Assembly: GCA_009914755.4 (NCBI GenBank)
Contig: CP068257.2
Span: forward strand, 18,944,001 to 19,008,000
Direction: 5' to 3'
Origin: the human T2T-CHM13v2.0 reference genome, Homo sapiens
Length of the DNA stretch: 64,000 bases
Of the stretch, positions 1 to 14,011 are shown in pieces; position 1 is the stretch's first letter; every line of letters starts with the position of its first letter. The translations under genes and the position numbers were made by a program. A model generated the notes under the pieces. It worked only from the letters and a program-made list of their open reading frames with translations. It was not told where the DNA came from and did not search any database.

Positions 1-486
1 AGCACGGAGGCAGCACAGCTCTGCTATAAAAGGCTTTGCCTCCAAATACAAAATATAACTTTTGCTTGAATTCCTTTGATTACAAGATGTTTATATGGTC
101 ATTTCGATTAGCCTTGCAATGAAGCCAACTGCAAGGACAACTAGGAAATATCTGGGTGCTCACAAAAACAGAGCAAAGAAAATTTTGATTAGCAGTTAGA
201 GACTCAAATGTACCTATGGTTTTTGTATTGTGTTTGTTTTGAGCTGCTACCAGTTAATTCTAACTTTTATGTTATAATGCAGCATAATCAATGTCCTTGA
301 ATTAACTTCCTAAAACATAGAGGATAAAAGGCTATATTAACATATTTTTCCAGAAAATGTAAATATACTAGCTAATAAAATAACAAGATCAAATTATAAT
401 TGAGAAAGTACTGCTGTTTAAATATTTTTAAACACCTAAAATGGGAAAAAACTTATTAAACATTAGAAAAATATTTTTATGTCTTA

Positions 487-817
<331 letters not shown>

Positions 818-1699
818 AAGAATTGACAAACGTAGGAGCAGTTATGTAAATACTTAACATGCTTATTGCTTTATGTAACACAAGCCTTTATCACATTGAT
901 TGGAGTTTTTTCTGAGCTATATGTAAAAACAGAAGGTCAGAAAACTTACAAAATCATTATTGTAAAGTAAAGAAGAACTAAACTGTGAAATCATTGCTTT
1001 TTTTAGATGAAGTTACTGAAGTGACTCAAGATGCTAAATTCAAAATTTCTTCAGTTACCATTGTACTTGTGGAAAAATATTGTCAAAAAGTGTCATTGTT
1101 TATACAGGAAAACTTTCTTTAAAGTTTAGAGTAAGACAATAATCAAATATCACATTATCATGCTGAAAAAAGATGGAAAGTCTATTAATATATATGCCTA
1201 TATATTTATTTGTTAAGCAAACAATATGTATTTTTTCTATCATGCTATGTTAGAATTTTTGTGTCTAGCTATGATGGAGTAATCATGAACATCTATGAAA
1301 CTACAAAATATAGGAGGTAAAGATTTTTCAGTATTTAACAGCAGGTAGGAGCAGGACAGGATGTGATATTTGAGAGAAATACATAGAAAGAGGTGAATCC
1401 CATATTGGCCCCTGATTTTGGTCTAAGAGAAGTTTCTCAGCGAAAGTGTTGTAAGCTTTTTTCAAATTTTGAATCTTACCTCCTCTTCAGCACAACTTGC
1501 CTGCCTACATGTGGAGAAAGTTCTGTGTTTAAAATCTCACGTGATTAGATTGGGCCCGCCGGAATAAGCTCCCTATCTTAAAGTTTGTAACCTTAATTAT
1601 ATACAGAACCCTCACAATTGTTTTCTTCTCTTATTCTCTTAAATGACTGCCATCAGTTTAAAGCAAAAAAAAAAAAAAAAAGATAAAATGACTTTATTT

Positions 1700-2478
<779 letters not shown>

Positions 2479-3747
2479 GTTTAACATATTTTACTATATG
2501 TAGAAGAAAAATATACAGGAACAATAACATAAATGTTGGGCAGAGGTAAAGGGAGTCATATTTTTCTCATTTTGTTATGATTTACCTGAAGTGGTACAAT
2601 ATTAATTCTTAGCAGACACTTGTAGAAGATGCCTATTTAGATTTCAGGAGCAGTGACTTCCCAAACAAAATATAAAGCAGTATTGCTAGAAAGCAAATAG
2701 AGAAAATAAATGGAAAATATTTAGAAGTATTTAATTAACTCAAGACAGGAAAGAGAAAAAACAGAACACACAAACGTGGAAAGGGCAAGGTATAAATGTT
2801 TTTAGATGGTATTTAAACATAAACCAAGTATAAAAGACAGAGATTGGCAGCTTTTATGTAAAAAGCAAGACTTAACTATGTGCTGTATTGAAATTTCGTT
2901 TGAAAAATCAATCAATGCAATTTACGCCAGTAACCTAATAGAGAAGAAAACATATCATTATTCCCATAGATGAAGAAAAACATCTTGACAAAATGTATTA
3001 TTTAAACCATTCAGCAAATTAGAAAGAGAAGAAAATTTCCTCAGTTTGAGAAAGGGAATCAATGAAAAACAGCTAATACCACATTTAATGGTGAATGACA
3101 GCTTGAAGTTCTCCTGAAATGAGAACAAAGGCAATAAGGTTTATTATCATCACTTCTATTCAGCAACATAATTATGGACTGTAGCCAATTAAATAAGGCA
3201 AAAATACGTATAAGAATTGAAAGGAAGAAATAACTGTATTCAGACATAAAACGGTTAGATACACAGAAAATAGTAAGGAATCTGCCACAATTAATGAAAT
3301 TCATATGTAAGTTTTTCAAGCCCGTGTACTACAAGGCACATATTGCATTCCCTACATACTACCAAAAAAATGGAAAATAAAATTAAGAGCACAATGCCAT
3401 TTAAAATATCATCAAATTGCTTAAAATACAAGTAAGTTTAGATAGAAAGGTAATAGATAACAGTTGATAGATAGAAAGATAGCTATTGTTATAGGTATTA
3501 TATGCTAAAAATTATAAAACATTTTAGGAAATAATTGAAGGTGACTTTTAGAAGCTAAGTTATATCGTAGAATCATGGGTGGAAAGATTCAATATTATTA
3601 AAAAGTCATACATCTCCATTAGTATATAGAGTCAATCAAAAGAAAATTTCAACAATTTTTATAGCTTCGCTTTAGATATTGACAAGCTATTTACAAACTT
3701 ATTGAAGAAATGCAAAGCAACAAAGCCAAAATAAACTGTAGAACAAG

Positions 3748-4026
<279 letters not shown>

Positions 4027-4160
4027 GAAAAGATTTTAAAAATGAAAAACTTGGAGGACATTAACGTCTGATTTCACAACTTATTATAATAGTACAATAA
4101 TTAAGAAAGTGGTATATTGGTGACAGAAAAGGTAAATATGCCAATGGAAGAAGTAGAGCC

Positions 4161-4313
4161 TATATATATATATACCCAGATATATATATATATATATATA
4201 CCCAGATATATATATATATATATACCCAGATATATATATATATACCCAGATATATATATATATATATACCCAGATATATATATATATACCCAGATATATA
4301 TATATATATACCC

Positions 4314-4360
<47 letters not shown>

Positions 4361-4559
4361 CAGATACATACATATACCCAGGAGGGGTGTGTGTGTGTAT
4401 ATATACCTGGGAGGGGGTGTGTATGTGTCTGTGTGTGTGTATATATTTATAAATTTATATGCAGAAGGGTGTATACACACACACACTTGGAATGGTGTAT
4501 GTATCCATATATACACATATATATGTGGGAGTGTGTGTATATATATAGACAAGAGGATG

Positions 4560-4619
<60 letters not shown>

Positions 4620-5130
4620 CCCAGGAGGGTGCATATATAGATATATACAGCGAGGGTGTGTGTATATATACACACACACACACACACACATATATCCAGG
4701 TGTATATAAATATATACATACAAGCGGGAGGGTGTGTGTATATATATATATATGCGGGAGGGTGTATATATATATACATACACACCCAAGAGGGTGTGTG
4801 TATATATATATACCTGGAAGGGTGCATATATATATGTGTATATATATATACCTGGCAGGGGGTATATATACATACCTAGGAGGGGTGTGTGTATATATTT
4901 TTATATACCCGGGAGTGGGTGTATATATATATACATACACACTCAGGAGTGTGTGCATATATATGTATCCGAGAGTAGGTATATATGTGTGTGTGTATAT
5001 ATATATGTGTGTGTGTGTACATATATACACACACACACACACATATACACACCTGGGAGTGGGTATTGGAGGGGGTATATATGTAGATATACACCCTGGA
5101 GTTGGTATATAAATATACACCCAGGAGTGG

Positions 5131-5192
<62 letters not shown>

Positions 5193-5234
5193 CTGAGAGT
5201 GTGTGTGTGTGTGTATATATATATATAAACACCC

Positions 5235-5282
<48 letters not shown>

Positions 5283-5434
5283 GTATATGTATACCTGGGA
5301 GTGGGTATGTATATGTATACCTGGAAGTGGGTATATATAGATATATATATCTATATATGCCTGGGAGTGGGTATATGTGAGTGTATATATATATATGGGG
5401 GCAGGTATAATATATATATAATGGGAGTGGGTTA

Positions 5435-5488
<54 letters not shown>

Positions 5489-5557
5489 TACCCAGGAGGG
5501 GTTATACATATATATACGTGGGGTTGGGATGTATATATACCCGGCAGTGGGTATGTG

Positions 5558-5599
<42 letters not shown>

Positions 5600-5812
5600 C
5601 CGGAGTGGGTATATATATATACACCCGGGAGTGGGTATATATATATACACCCGAGAGTGGGTATATATATATACAGCCGGGAGTGGGTATATATATACCC
5701 AGTAGTGGGTATATATATACCCAGTAGTGGGTATATATATACCTGGGGGAGGGAATATATATATATACCCAAGAGGGGTAGGGGTATATATATATATATA
5801 TGTGTGTGTGTG

Positions 5813-5858
<46 letters not shown>

Positions 5859-6357
5859 AGGGAGTGGGTATATATGCATATATACAACTGGGAGTGGGTA
5901 TATATACATATATATATGCAGACACATACCCAGGAGTGTATATATATATACCTGAGAGTGTGTGTGTATATATAAATATACACACATACACCCGAGAGTG
6001 GGTATGTATATGTATATACCCAGGAGTGGGTATGTATATATACACCCGGGTATGTATATGTATATACCCGGGAGTGGGTATGTATATATACCAGGGAGTG
6101 GGTATATATATACCTGGGTGGGGGTATATATATGTATATACCCATGTGGGGGTGTATATATATATATATAATATATATATATATATACACACACACCCAG
6201 GAGTGGGTATATATATATATACACCCGGGAGCAGTTATACACCACTCCCAGGCTTATATAGATTATACCCACTCTCGGATATGTATATATACACACACCC
6301 ACCCCTCCCGGATACATATATACACCCATCTGGGTATATATATATACCCACTCCCAG

Positions 6358-6396
<39 letters not shown>

Positions 6397-6606
6397 CACT
6401 CCCAGGTGTATATATGTGTATACCAACTGCCAGGTATATGTGTATATACCCCAACCCGCGTATATATATACGAACTCCCAGGTATATAAGTATATATTTA
6501 GCTGCTCCTGGGAGCAGCTAAATACACACACACCTGGGTTGGTAGGGTGTATATATATACACACACACACCCAGGAGGGGAGGATTATATATATATATAT
6601 GTGGTG

Positions 6607-6643
<37 letters not shown>

Positions 6644-6653
6644 GTGGTGTGTG

Positions 6654-6708
<55 letters not shown>

Positions 6709-6766
6709 ACCTGGGAGGGGGTAGTGTGTGTGTATATATATACACACTATATATATATACACACAG

Positions 6767-6797
<31 letters not shown>

Positions 6798-6902
6798 CTG
6801 GGAGGGGGTATATATATGAGCAGGTGTGTGTGTGTGTGTGTGTGTATGTATATATATATATATATACACACACACACCCAGGAGGGGTTATATGTGTGTG
6901 TT

Positions 6903-6949
<47 letters not shown>

Positions 6950-7086
6950 CCTGGAGGGGGTATATGTGTGTGCATGTGTGTTTGTGTGTGTGTGCGTGTG
7001 TGTGTGTATATACCCGGGAGGGGTATATGTGTGTGTATATATATACCCAGGAGTTGGTATATGTGTATGTATATATACCCTATATA
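4161..7086. repeat. Compound microsatellite/minisatellite: (TA)n, (CA/GT)n and ~20-25-bp units GGGTATATATA(TA)nCCCAGGAGTG (first 220 bp as (TATATATATACCCAGA)n)
   Basis: Directly visible: continuous TA/CA/GT dinucleotide runs separated by recurring cccaggagtgggt / cccgggagggtg blocks over ~2.9 kb. The YIYIY/CVCV ORFs in the six-frame track are translation artefacts of this repeat. Confidence 0.95.
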
Positions 7087-7439
7087 AAAAAAATATTGAT
7101 ATTTTATATCGATATATAGATATGTATCACTGCAATTGGCTACTTTTAGACTCCTGGTGATTGGTGCGTTTTACAGAATATAATATATAAATATATAGAT
7201 ATGGATTTATAAATATATCAATATAAAAAATATATGCCCTGTATGTATTTTTAAAAATCTTGTTTTACAGTTTATTTCGGCTTTGTTGCTTTGCATTTCT
7301 TCAATAAATTTGGAAACAGCTTGTCTAGTAATAGATGTTATATACATATATATAACCAATTTGTTTTTTATAGAGCTATGAAAGCATTTAACATACAAAA
7401 GAGTGTATTTTCAATAAATTGTCTTGAAGCAAGTGACTA

Positions 7440-7720
7440 TCAATAATAAAAAATAAAACTTGAATGTTACCTCATACCACAGCCTTATTATAATTAATAA
7501 ATATAATCAATATAATATAATTATAATTATCATAATATATAGTTTTATAAGATGTAGTATTATAACTAATAATTTAGTATTCCAATTAATAATTAATTAT
7601 AATTATTATAATACTATAATATAATATAGTATTAGAAAACATGATGGTTGCATAGTATAATTAATTATATTAATATAATACTAAAATAGTAATTAATAAA
7701 AATAATTAATCAAATTAATT
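7440..7720. repeat. AT-rich low-complexity tract (ataat/taatta-type)
   Basis: Near-pure A/T with repeated ataattataatt, aattaata motifs. Confidence 0.8.
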
Positions 7721-7839
7721 TGTGTATTAGAGTTGAAGAGATCATTTAACTTTGAAATCTAGAACTCTAAAAATTCCTGGAAAAAATATTTCTGACCTTT
7801 AGATGAGCCAATATGACAATTTTACAAAGAATACAAACA

Positions 7840-8170
7840 CTTCTTAAAATGATCAATTGGACTTCATCTAAATCAAAAATATATTTGAAAAACAACACTG
7901 GAGAAGGAGAGTGAGAGACAGAGAAAGAAAGAGAGAGATTTTAAAAGAAAGTCACTCCTTAAAAGGGAGAGGAAATATTCACAATATACAAATATATGTA
8001 ATGATTGAGTTGAATGAAGAATCTAGAATATAATGAATAATTAACTATGAGGCAAAAAAAAAATGGCTAAAGTCTTGAACAGACATTTCACAAAAAATGT
8101 TATGTAAATTACACTTCATTAGCTATCAGGAAAGTGCAAATTAAAACCATAATATAAAGTACTTTTTTTT
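7840..8170 (+). mobile_element. L1 ORF2 C-terminal fragment (older L1), sense on + strand
   Basis: + strand translates to ...DFI*IKNIFEKQHW... / ...TSLAIRKVQIKTII..., resembling L1 ORF2 ...LDFIKIKNFCS...STSLVIREMQIKTTMRY. Confidence 0.5.
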
Positions 8171-8460
8171 TACCTTTTCTATGTTTATATATGTTTAGAT
8201 ACACAAATGCTTACCATTGTGTTACAGATGTCCATAGTATTTCATACAAGTAACATGCTATACAGGTTTGTAACCTAGGAGCAATAGCATAGGCCTTAAA
8301 GCTAAGGTGAGTAGGAAGCTGTATCATCGAGGTTTTTGTAAGTATACCCTATGATGTTCACATGAAAACAAAATCACCTAATGACACATTTCTCAGAACA
8401 TATTCCCATCATTAAGTGACACATTACTGTATCATTGTTGCAATGTCTAATTTTTACTTC

Positions 8461-10335
8461 AATTCTTTCAGTTTCTATTTTATGTCTTTTGTAGATTTGT
8501 TGTTAAGTACATATATGTTAATGATTGTTACATCTTTCCGATGGATTGACCCTTTATAATTAGGAAATGTCCCTCTAGTAATATTTTTTTCTTTAAAGAC
8601 TATGTTGTCTGACAGCTTTTCTGGCTCTTTTTATGATGTTTGCAGAGTATTTCCTTTTTAATACTTTTACTTTCAACCTATTTGTGTTATTTGAATTTCA
8701 AATACATCTTCTTTAGAAAGCCTATAGTTGAATCTTACTTAATTCAGCCTGACAGTCTTCACTTTCGATTGGATTATTTAATCCATTCATACGCTGTAAT
8801 TGATAGGATTTCATTTATATTTTACATTTAGCTTTTTGTTTTTTATATATCTTCTATTTTTTAGTTTCTCCATTTGTTCTTTCTTGCATCCTTTTGCATT
8901 AAATATTTTCCAACATTTTAATTCAATTAATATTTTAGTTTTTGAGGTTTTTCTTAGCGGATACACTAGGGATTATGGTATAAATCTTAACTGATCATAC
9001 TCTAGCTTTATAATGACTTAGTTACAATAAGATGTTAAAATATTCCACCTATACTGTTCATTTCCTTCTCCACTTTTTTATGCAGTTACTGGTATATATA
9101 CTGTTTATATTTGATATAGACCTAACAGTACATGGTTATACATATTACTTTGTATTACCTTATGTATTTTAAAGAGGCTAACGAAAGAAGAAAAACAAAG
9201 ACATATTTATAGATTTTGTTATAGCAACCCTTTTATTTACTGTTTCTTGCTCTCTTCATTTCTTGTGGATTTGAGCTACTAACTAGTGTCATTTGTTTGT
9301 GCCAATACAGCTTTTTTTTCACTCAACTGTTTTATGCTGTTATTGGCAAATGTATTACATTTCTAAAAGTTATAGGTTCAGCAGTGAAGTACATACATAT
9401 ACTTTTGAGACAATTGCTTTTTAAATCAGTAAAGAGAAGAAAAGAGGAAACAAAATGCAATTATACAGTCTTTTGCAACTACCAACATAATTAGCTTTAC
9501 CTGCACTCATTGTTTTTTATTCTAATCTAATGTCTCGCTTTTATTTTAAAGAACTTCCTTTAGAATTTCTTGTAAGGTATGTCTTTAAGCAATGATTGTG
9601 AAGCTAAAATTGTCTTTATTTTTCATCATTTTTGGAACTTAGTTATAATTAGCAAAACATGAATATAAGACTCTTGATTTGCAATTCTTTTGTTTTGTTT
9701 TGTTTTGTTTTCCTACTTTCATCTCTTTGAATCTGTTGTACCATTCTGAAATTCATTGTTGAGATAAGAAGTCAGCCAACAGTCTTACTGGGATGCAAAC
9801 ATGCATACTGAGTCATTTCTCCATTGATGTTTTAAAGATTTTCTCTCTGTCTTTGACTTTTAACATTTGATTATGACGTATCTGAATGTAGATCTCTTTG
9901 TGGTTATCCTCTTTGGAGTTTGTCATACCTCTTGAGTGAGCAGATTAAATTTTTATCAGATCTGGAAGTCTTTCAGCCCTTATTCCTCTATGTTGTTTCT
10001 TCTTCTTTCTCTCCCTTCTCATACATATTTTCCGGGATAAATGTGTATCACATCCTTTCAGGCACTATTTTTCTTGAATTGTTCTTTGATTGGTGTTTCA
10101 GATTACATAATCTCTATTGATCTATCTTCAAGTTTGATCATTCTTTTATTCTCCCAATTCAAAACTATTTTTAAATTCCTCTGGTGAATGTCTAATTTGG
10201 GTTGTTGCATTTTTCCAACTGCAGAATTTCCATTTCATTATTTATAATAATTTCTATGATTTTATCAATACTCTGTATTTAATAAGATACTTTCATTTTA
10301 TCTTCTTGCATTTTTTTTTGCATAGTTTACTTTTT
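8461..10335 (-). mobile_element. Old L1 (L1M/L1PB-like) 5' portion: ORF1 C-terminal remnant, inter-ORF region and ORF2 endonuclease N-terminal remnant
   Basis: The reverse complement translates to L1 ORF1-like ...IPEnmyEKGEKEE... and ...LQEILKEVL*, and L1 ORF2-like ...GHFLIIKGSIHRKDVTIINIYVLNNKST (EN domain), with many frameshifts/stops. Confidence 0.65.
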
Positions 10336-11340
10336 GAACATATTTACGGTAGCTACATTGGGTTTGTGATGGCTGATTTTATGGTGAACTTTACTGAGAC
10401 AGGAAGTGCCAAAAATCGTTATTTCTAGGAGTGTCTTTGAGAGTTTTCTGGATGAAATTAGTATCTGAACCAGTGCATTCAGTAAATTAGATGCATCTCC
10501 TCCAAATGTGCATGGGTATTGTTTAATCTTGTGAGGGCCTGCATAAAATAAAAAGGTGGAGGAATGAGAAATTTGCCCTTTTTTTCTTCCTGCTTGCCTC
10601 CATAAACTAGGACCTCAGTCTTCTCCTGCCCTCTTTTGGGATTTATATCATCAGCTTCTCTGGTTCTCAGTCCTGTTGAAACAGCCTCGTTGTCTGAGTG
10701 CCACATGAATTTCTTTGTCTCACAGCCGAGGAAATCAAGGAAATGGACATTCCAAGGGTGAGGTTAGAGCAGAAGTTTAATAAGTGAAAGAGAGAAAGCT
10801 CTCTGCTGCAACCCCCAAAAAGGTTGCTGTTATTACAGTTGAATGCAAAGGCTCTTATAAACAACAAATGAGGGCTGGACATCTCATTTGCATAAGGAGC
10901 AAATTTCTGGCAGCTCCACCCCAATCTGTTGCGCATATGGGCCCTTAGTTTGAGTTACTCCATATTGCTTTGCTCCCCTTACTGTGCCTGTGTTGAGGGA
11001 TGGAATTTTCCATTGTGGGCATGTCTGGGCAAGTCACATGTGTAGCCTTTCTTATCTATGTGGCTGTGGGCATGTCTTAGGCAAGCCCCTCTGTGTAAGT
11101 TCCCTTATCTATGCCTGCAGCTTGAATTTTTAGGCTGTTCTTTGGTTTAAAACAATTTACCCAAGGACCCACCCTAACTGACTGCCTGACCAGTTTCTTC
11201 CTTTCTCCTCTCTCATTGTAGTCTCAGATACCACTAGCTTTCCTGAGTCTCAAGCTTGCAGATGGCAGACTGTGGGACTTCTCAGCCATCATAATTGTAT
11301 GAGCCAGTTCCTCATAATATATTTTCCTATCTTTCATGCG
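10336..11340 (-). repeat. Unclassified repeat-derived sequence adjoining the old L1 on its 5' side (possibly its 5' UTR, or an LTR fragment)
   Basis: Contains the widely dispersed motif cagactgtgggacttctcagccatcataattgtatgagccagttcctcataata that I recognise from human repeats but cannot assign to a family. Confidence 0.3.
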
Positions 11341-11344
11341 TGTC

Positions 11345-11765
11345 CATGTGAAGAGACCACCAAACAGGCTTTGTGTGAGAAACATGGCTGTTTATTTCAC
11401 TGGGGTGCAGGTGGGCTGAGTCCTAAAAAGAGAGTCAGCGAAGGGAGATGGATTACCATTAGTTCTTATAGGTTTTGGGTTAGGTGGTGAAGTTAAGAGC
11501 AATGTTTTGCGGTCAGGGTGGATCTCACAAAGTACATTCTCAAGGGTGGGGAGAATTACAAAGAAACTTCTTAAGGGTGGGGGAGATTACAAAGTACATT
11601 GATCAGTTAGGGTGGGGTAGGAACAAATCACAATGGTGGAATGTCATCAGTTAAGGCTGTTTTTACTTCTTTTGTGGATCTTCAGTTACTTTAGGCCATC
11701 TGGATGTATACGTGCAAGTCACAGGGGATGCAATGGCTTGGCTTGGGCTCAGAGGCCTGACACTA
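11345..11765 (+). mobile_element. Solo ERV LTR (class II/ERVK-like, LTR13-like by memory)
   Basis: Starts tgtgaagagaccaccaaacaggctttgtgtgag...ggtgcaggtgggctgagtcc.aaaagagagtcagcgaagggag...catcagttaaggc...cttcttttgtg.ttcttcagttactt.aggccatctggatgtata..tgcaagtcacaggggat...ggctcagaggcctgaca: a TG...CA LTR. Confidence 0.55.
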
Positions 11766-12305
11766 TCTATGTATCTATATGCATCTATTATCTACCTATC
11801 ATCTATCTCCTACTGGCTTTGTTTCTCTGAAGAACCTTGACTAACATAAGGTTTTTGTCTTTTAGTTCCATCATCTGGGCCCCTTCAAAGACAGATTCTA
11901 TTTCCTGTTTTTGGTTTCTAAGTATGTGTACACTTACTTGTTTGTTTGTTTGTTTTTAGAAAGCTGGCCATTTCTGATGATACAGGATGGCAACTCTATA
12001 TCCTGAGGGTCCCTTCCCAGAGGTTGCTGTTGTTGTTTCTTGCTTGGTCACTTTTTATTTGTTTGTTTGTTTCTTTATAGATTTTACTGAACTAATCCTG
12101 TAAAATACCTTTTCTTTGCATTTGAAAGCCTCCAATATTTCTGCTTAAATTATTTTCCCCTTATTTTTATATTTGAGCTGAACTTCCCATGAATCAGTGG
12201 GTTCAGTCACTCTTGAGTTGGCCTAAGCTGTTTATTTTATTTTACAAAGGGTTTACATAAGGCATCTGAGCTATTTAGATTTTACTGTTTGCTGTGAGAT
12301 GACTC

Positions 12306-12354
12306 TGTGTGTGTGTGTGTGTGTGTTTGTGTGTGTCTGTATGTCTCTGTGTGT
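12306..12354. repeat. (GT)n microsatellite, imperfect
   Basis: gtgtgtgtgtgtgtgtgtgtttgtgtgtgtctgtatgtctctgtgtgtg. Confidence 0.95.
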
Positions 12355-12823
12355 GACTTTTTATGTTCTAAGTTTCATCTAGACACCACTAGTTTGAAGT
12401 CACCCTATTTCATCACTCCTAAGTGAATTTGGTCTTGGGATGCACGCAGTGTTCCAGAATGCCAGGAATTAAGTAATTTTGTTTTAATCCTAACTGTCTA
12501 GAATCACTCATGGTTCCCAGTAGCTTTTTATTCAATTAGTGGTTTTATTTAAGCCCTTATGTCAGTGGATCTTTTATCCTCTGTTGATGAGTCTGTCTGT
12601 GGCTTGTGGATACACTCAAGTCAACCCCACGTCTTGCTCTGATTGCTCCTGAGTGGGTGCAAACTAGATCATGTTACAAACTAGTGCACAAGCTCCCTAA
12701 ATCCCAGGGTGTCTCTCATTCCAGAAGGCCTATTCTTGACTTTCTCATTCCTTGTTTCTCTCTATTAAACTTACTATGGAGCTACCAACTCCCTCTTATT
12801 TTTTCTTTAACAAGATCTCTTTC

Positions 12824-13257
12824 ATTTTTTTTTATTACACTTTAAGTTTTAGGGTACATGTGCACAACGTGCAGGTTTGTTACATATGTATACATGTGCC
12901 ATGTTGGTGTGCTGCACCTATTAACTCGTTATTTAACATTAGATATATCTCCTAATGCTATCCCTCTCCCCTCCCTCCACCCCACAACAGGCCCCGGTGT
13001 GTGATGTTCCCCTTCCTTTGTCCACGTGTTCTCATTGTTCAATTCCCACCTATGAGTGAGAACATGCAGTGTTTGGTTTTTTGTCCTTGCAATGGTTTGC
13101 TGAGAATGATGGTTTCCAGCTTCATCCATGTCCCTACAAAGGACATGAACTCATCATTTTTTATGGCTGCATAGTATTCCATGGTGTATATGTGCCACAT
13201 TTTCTTAATCCAGTCTATCATTGTTGGACATTTGGCTTGGTTCCAAGTCTTTGCTAT
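12824..13257 (-). mobile_element. L1PA-type 3' end (ORF2 C-terminus plus 3' UTR plus poly(A)), minus strand, 5'-truncated
   Basis: Poly-T then the reverse complement of the canonical L1 tail (ttaagttttagggtacatgtgcacaacgtgcaggtttgttacatatgtatacatgtgccatgttggtgtgctgcacc...). The minus ORFs translate to ...IDWIKKMWHIYTMEYYAAIKNDEFMSFVGTWMKLETIILSK... and ...HRWELNNENTW... Confidence 0.9.
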
Positions 13258-13683
13258 TTCATTTTTTTAACATCATCCTTTGGCATGAGGTTTTCCATTT
13301 TCCATTTCCACACAAATGAAGTGTAGAGGAAACAAAATTTCACCTCGATGCTCTTAGCGTTCCAAATGGGTCGAATAATTACACTGATCTAAGATATAGA
13401 TTAATAGAGAAAAAGTCTAATACAAATTTTATGTAGCATTGGAGCCCTCATAAAGAAATGAAGACCCCAAAAAAACAAAGTCAGTTACTTATTTACTGAA
13501 TTGGACAAATAGTCAACTTGAGAATGTGATAAGGCAAAGGGCCTTGGGTTAACACAGTTAACTGGGTAGAGAAGTAGCTAAAAAGATAAGGGTTGGTGTA
13601 CTAACCCTTTAGAAGTAGCTAAAAAGATAAGGGTTGGCTTGAGTCTCAACTTTCTCGTCCTTGATTAGAATGTTTTTCTCTAG

Positions 13684-14011
<328 letters not shown>

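Noticed and set aside
4161-7086. Regularly spaced short repeats separated by short variable stretches (superficially CRISPR-like)
   Set aside because: This is a eukaryotic (Alu/L1-bearing) locus. The 'spacers' are themselves dinucleotide repeats, the units are degenerate rather than exact, and there is no leader or cas context. It is a minisatellite.
4101-7160. Dozens of long ORFs (up to 438 aa) on both strands translating to YIYIYI / CVCVCV / THTHTH peptides
   Set aside because: They are frame-independent translations of (TA)n, (GT)n and (CA)n runs. Every frame on both strands is open simply because the repeat lacks stop codons. They are not genes.
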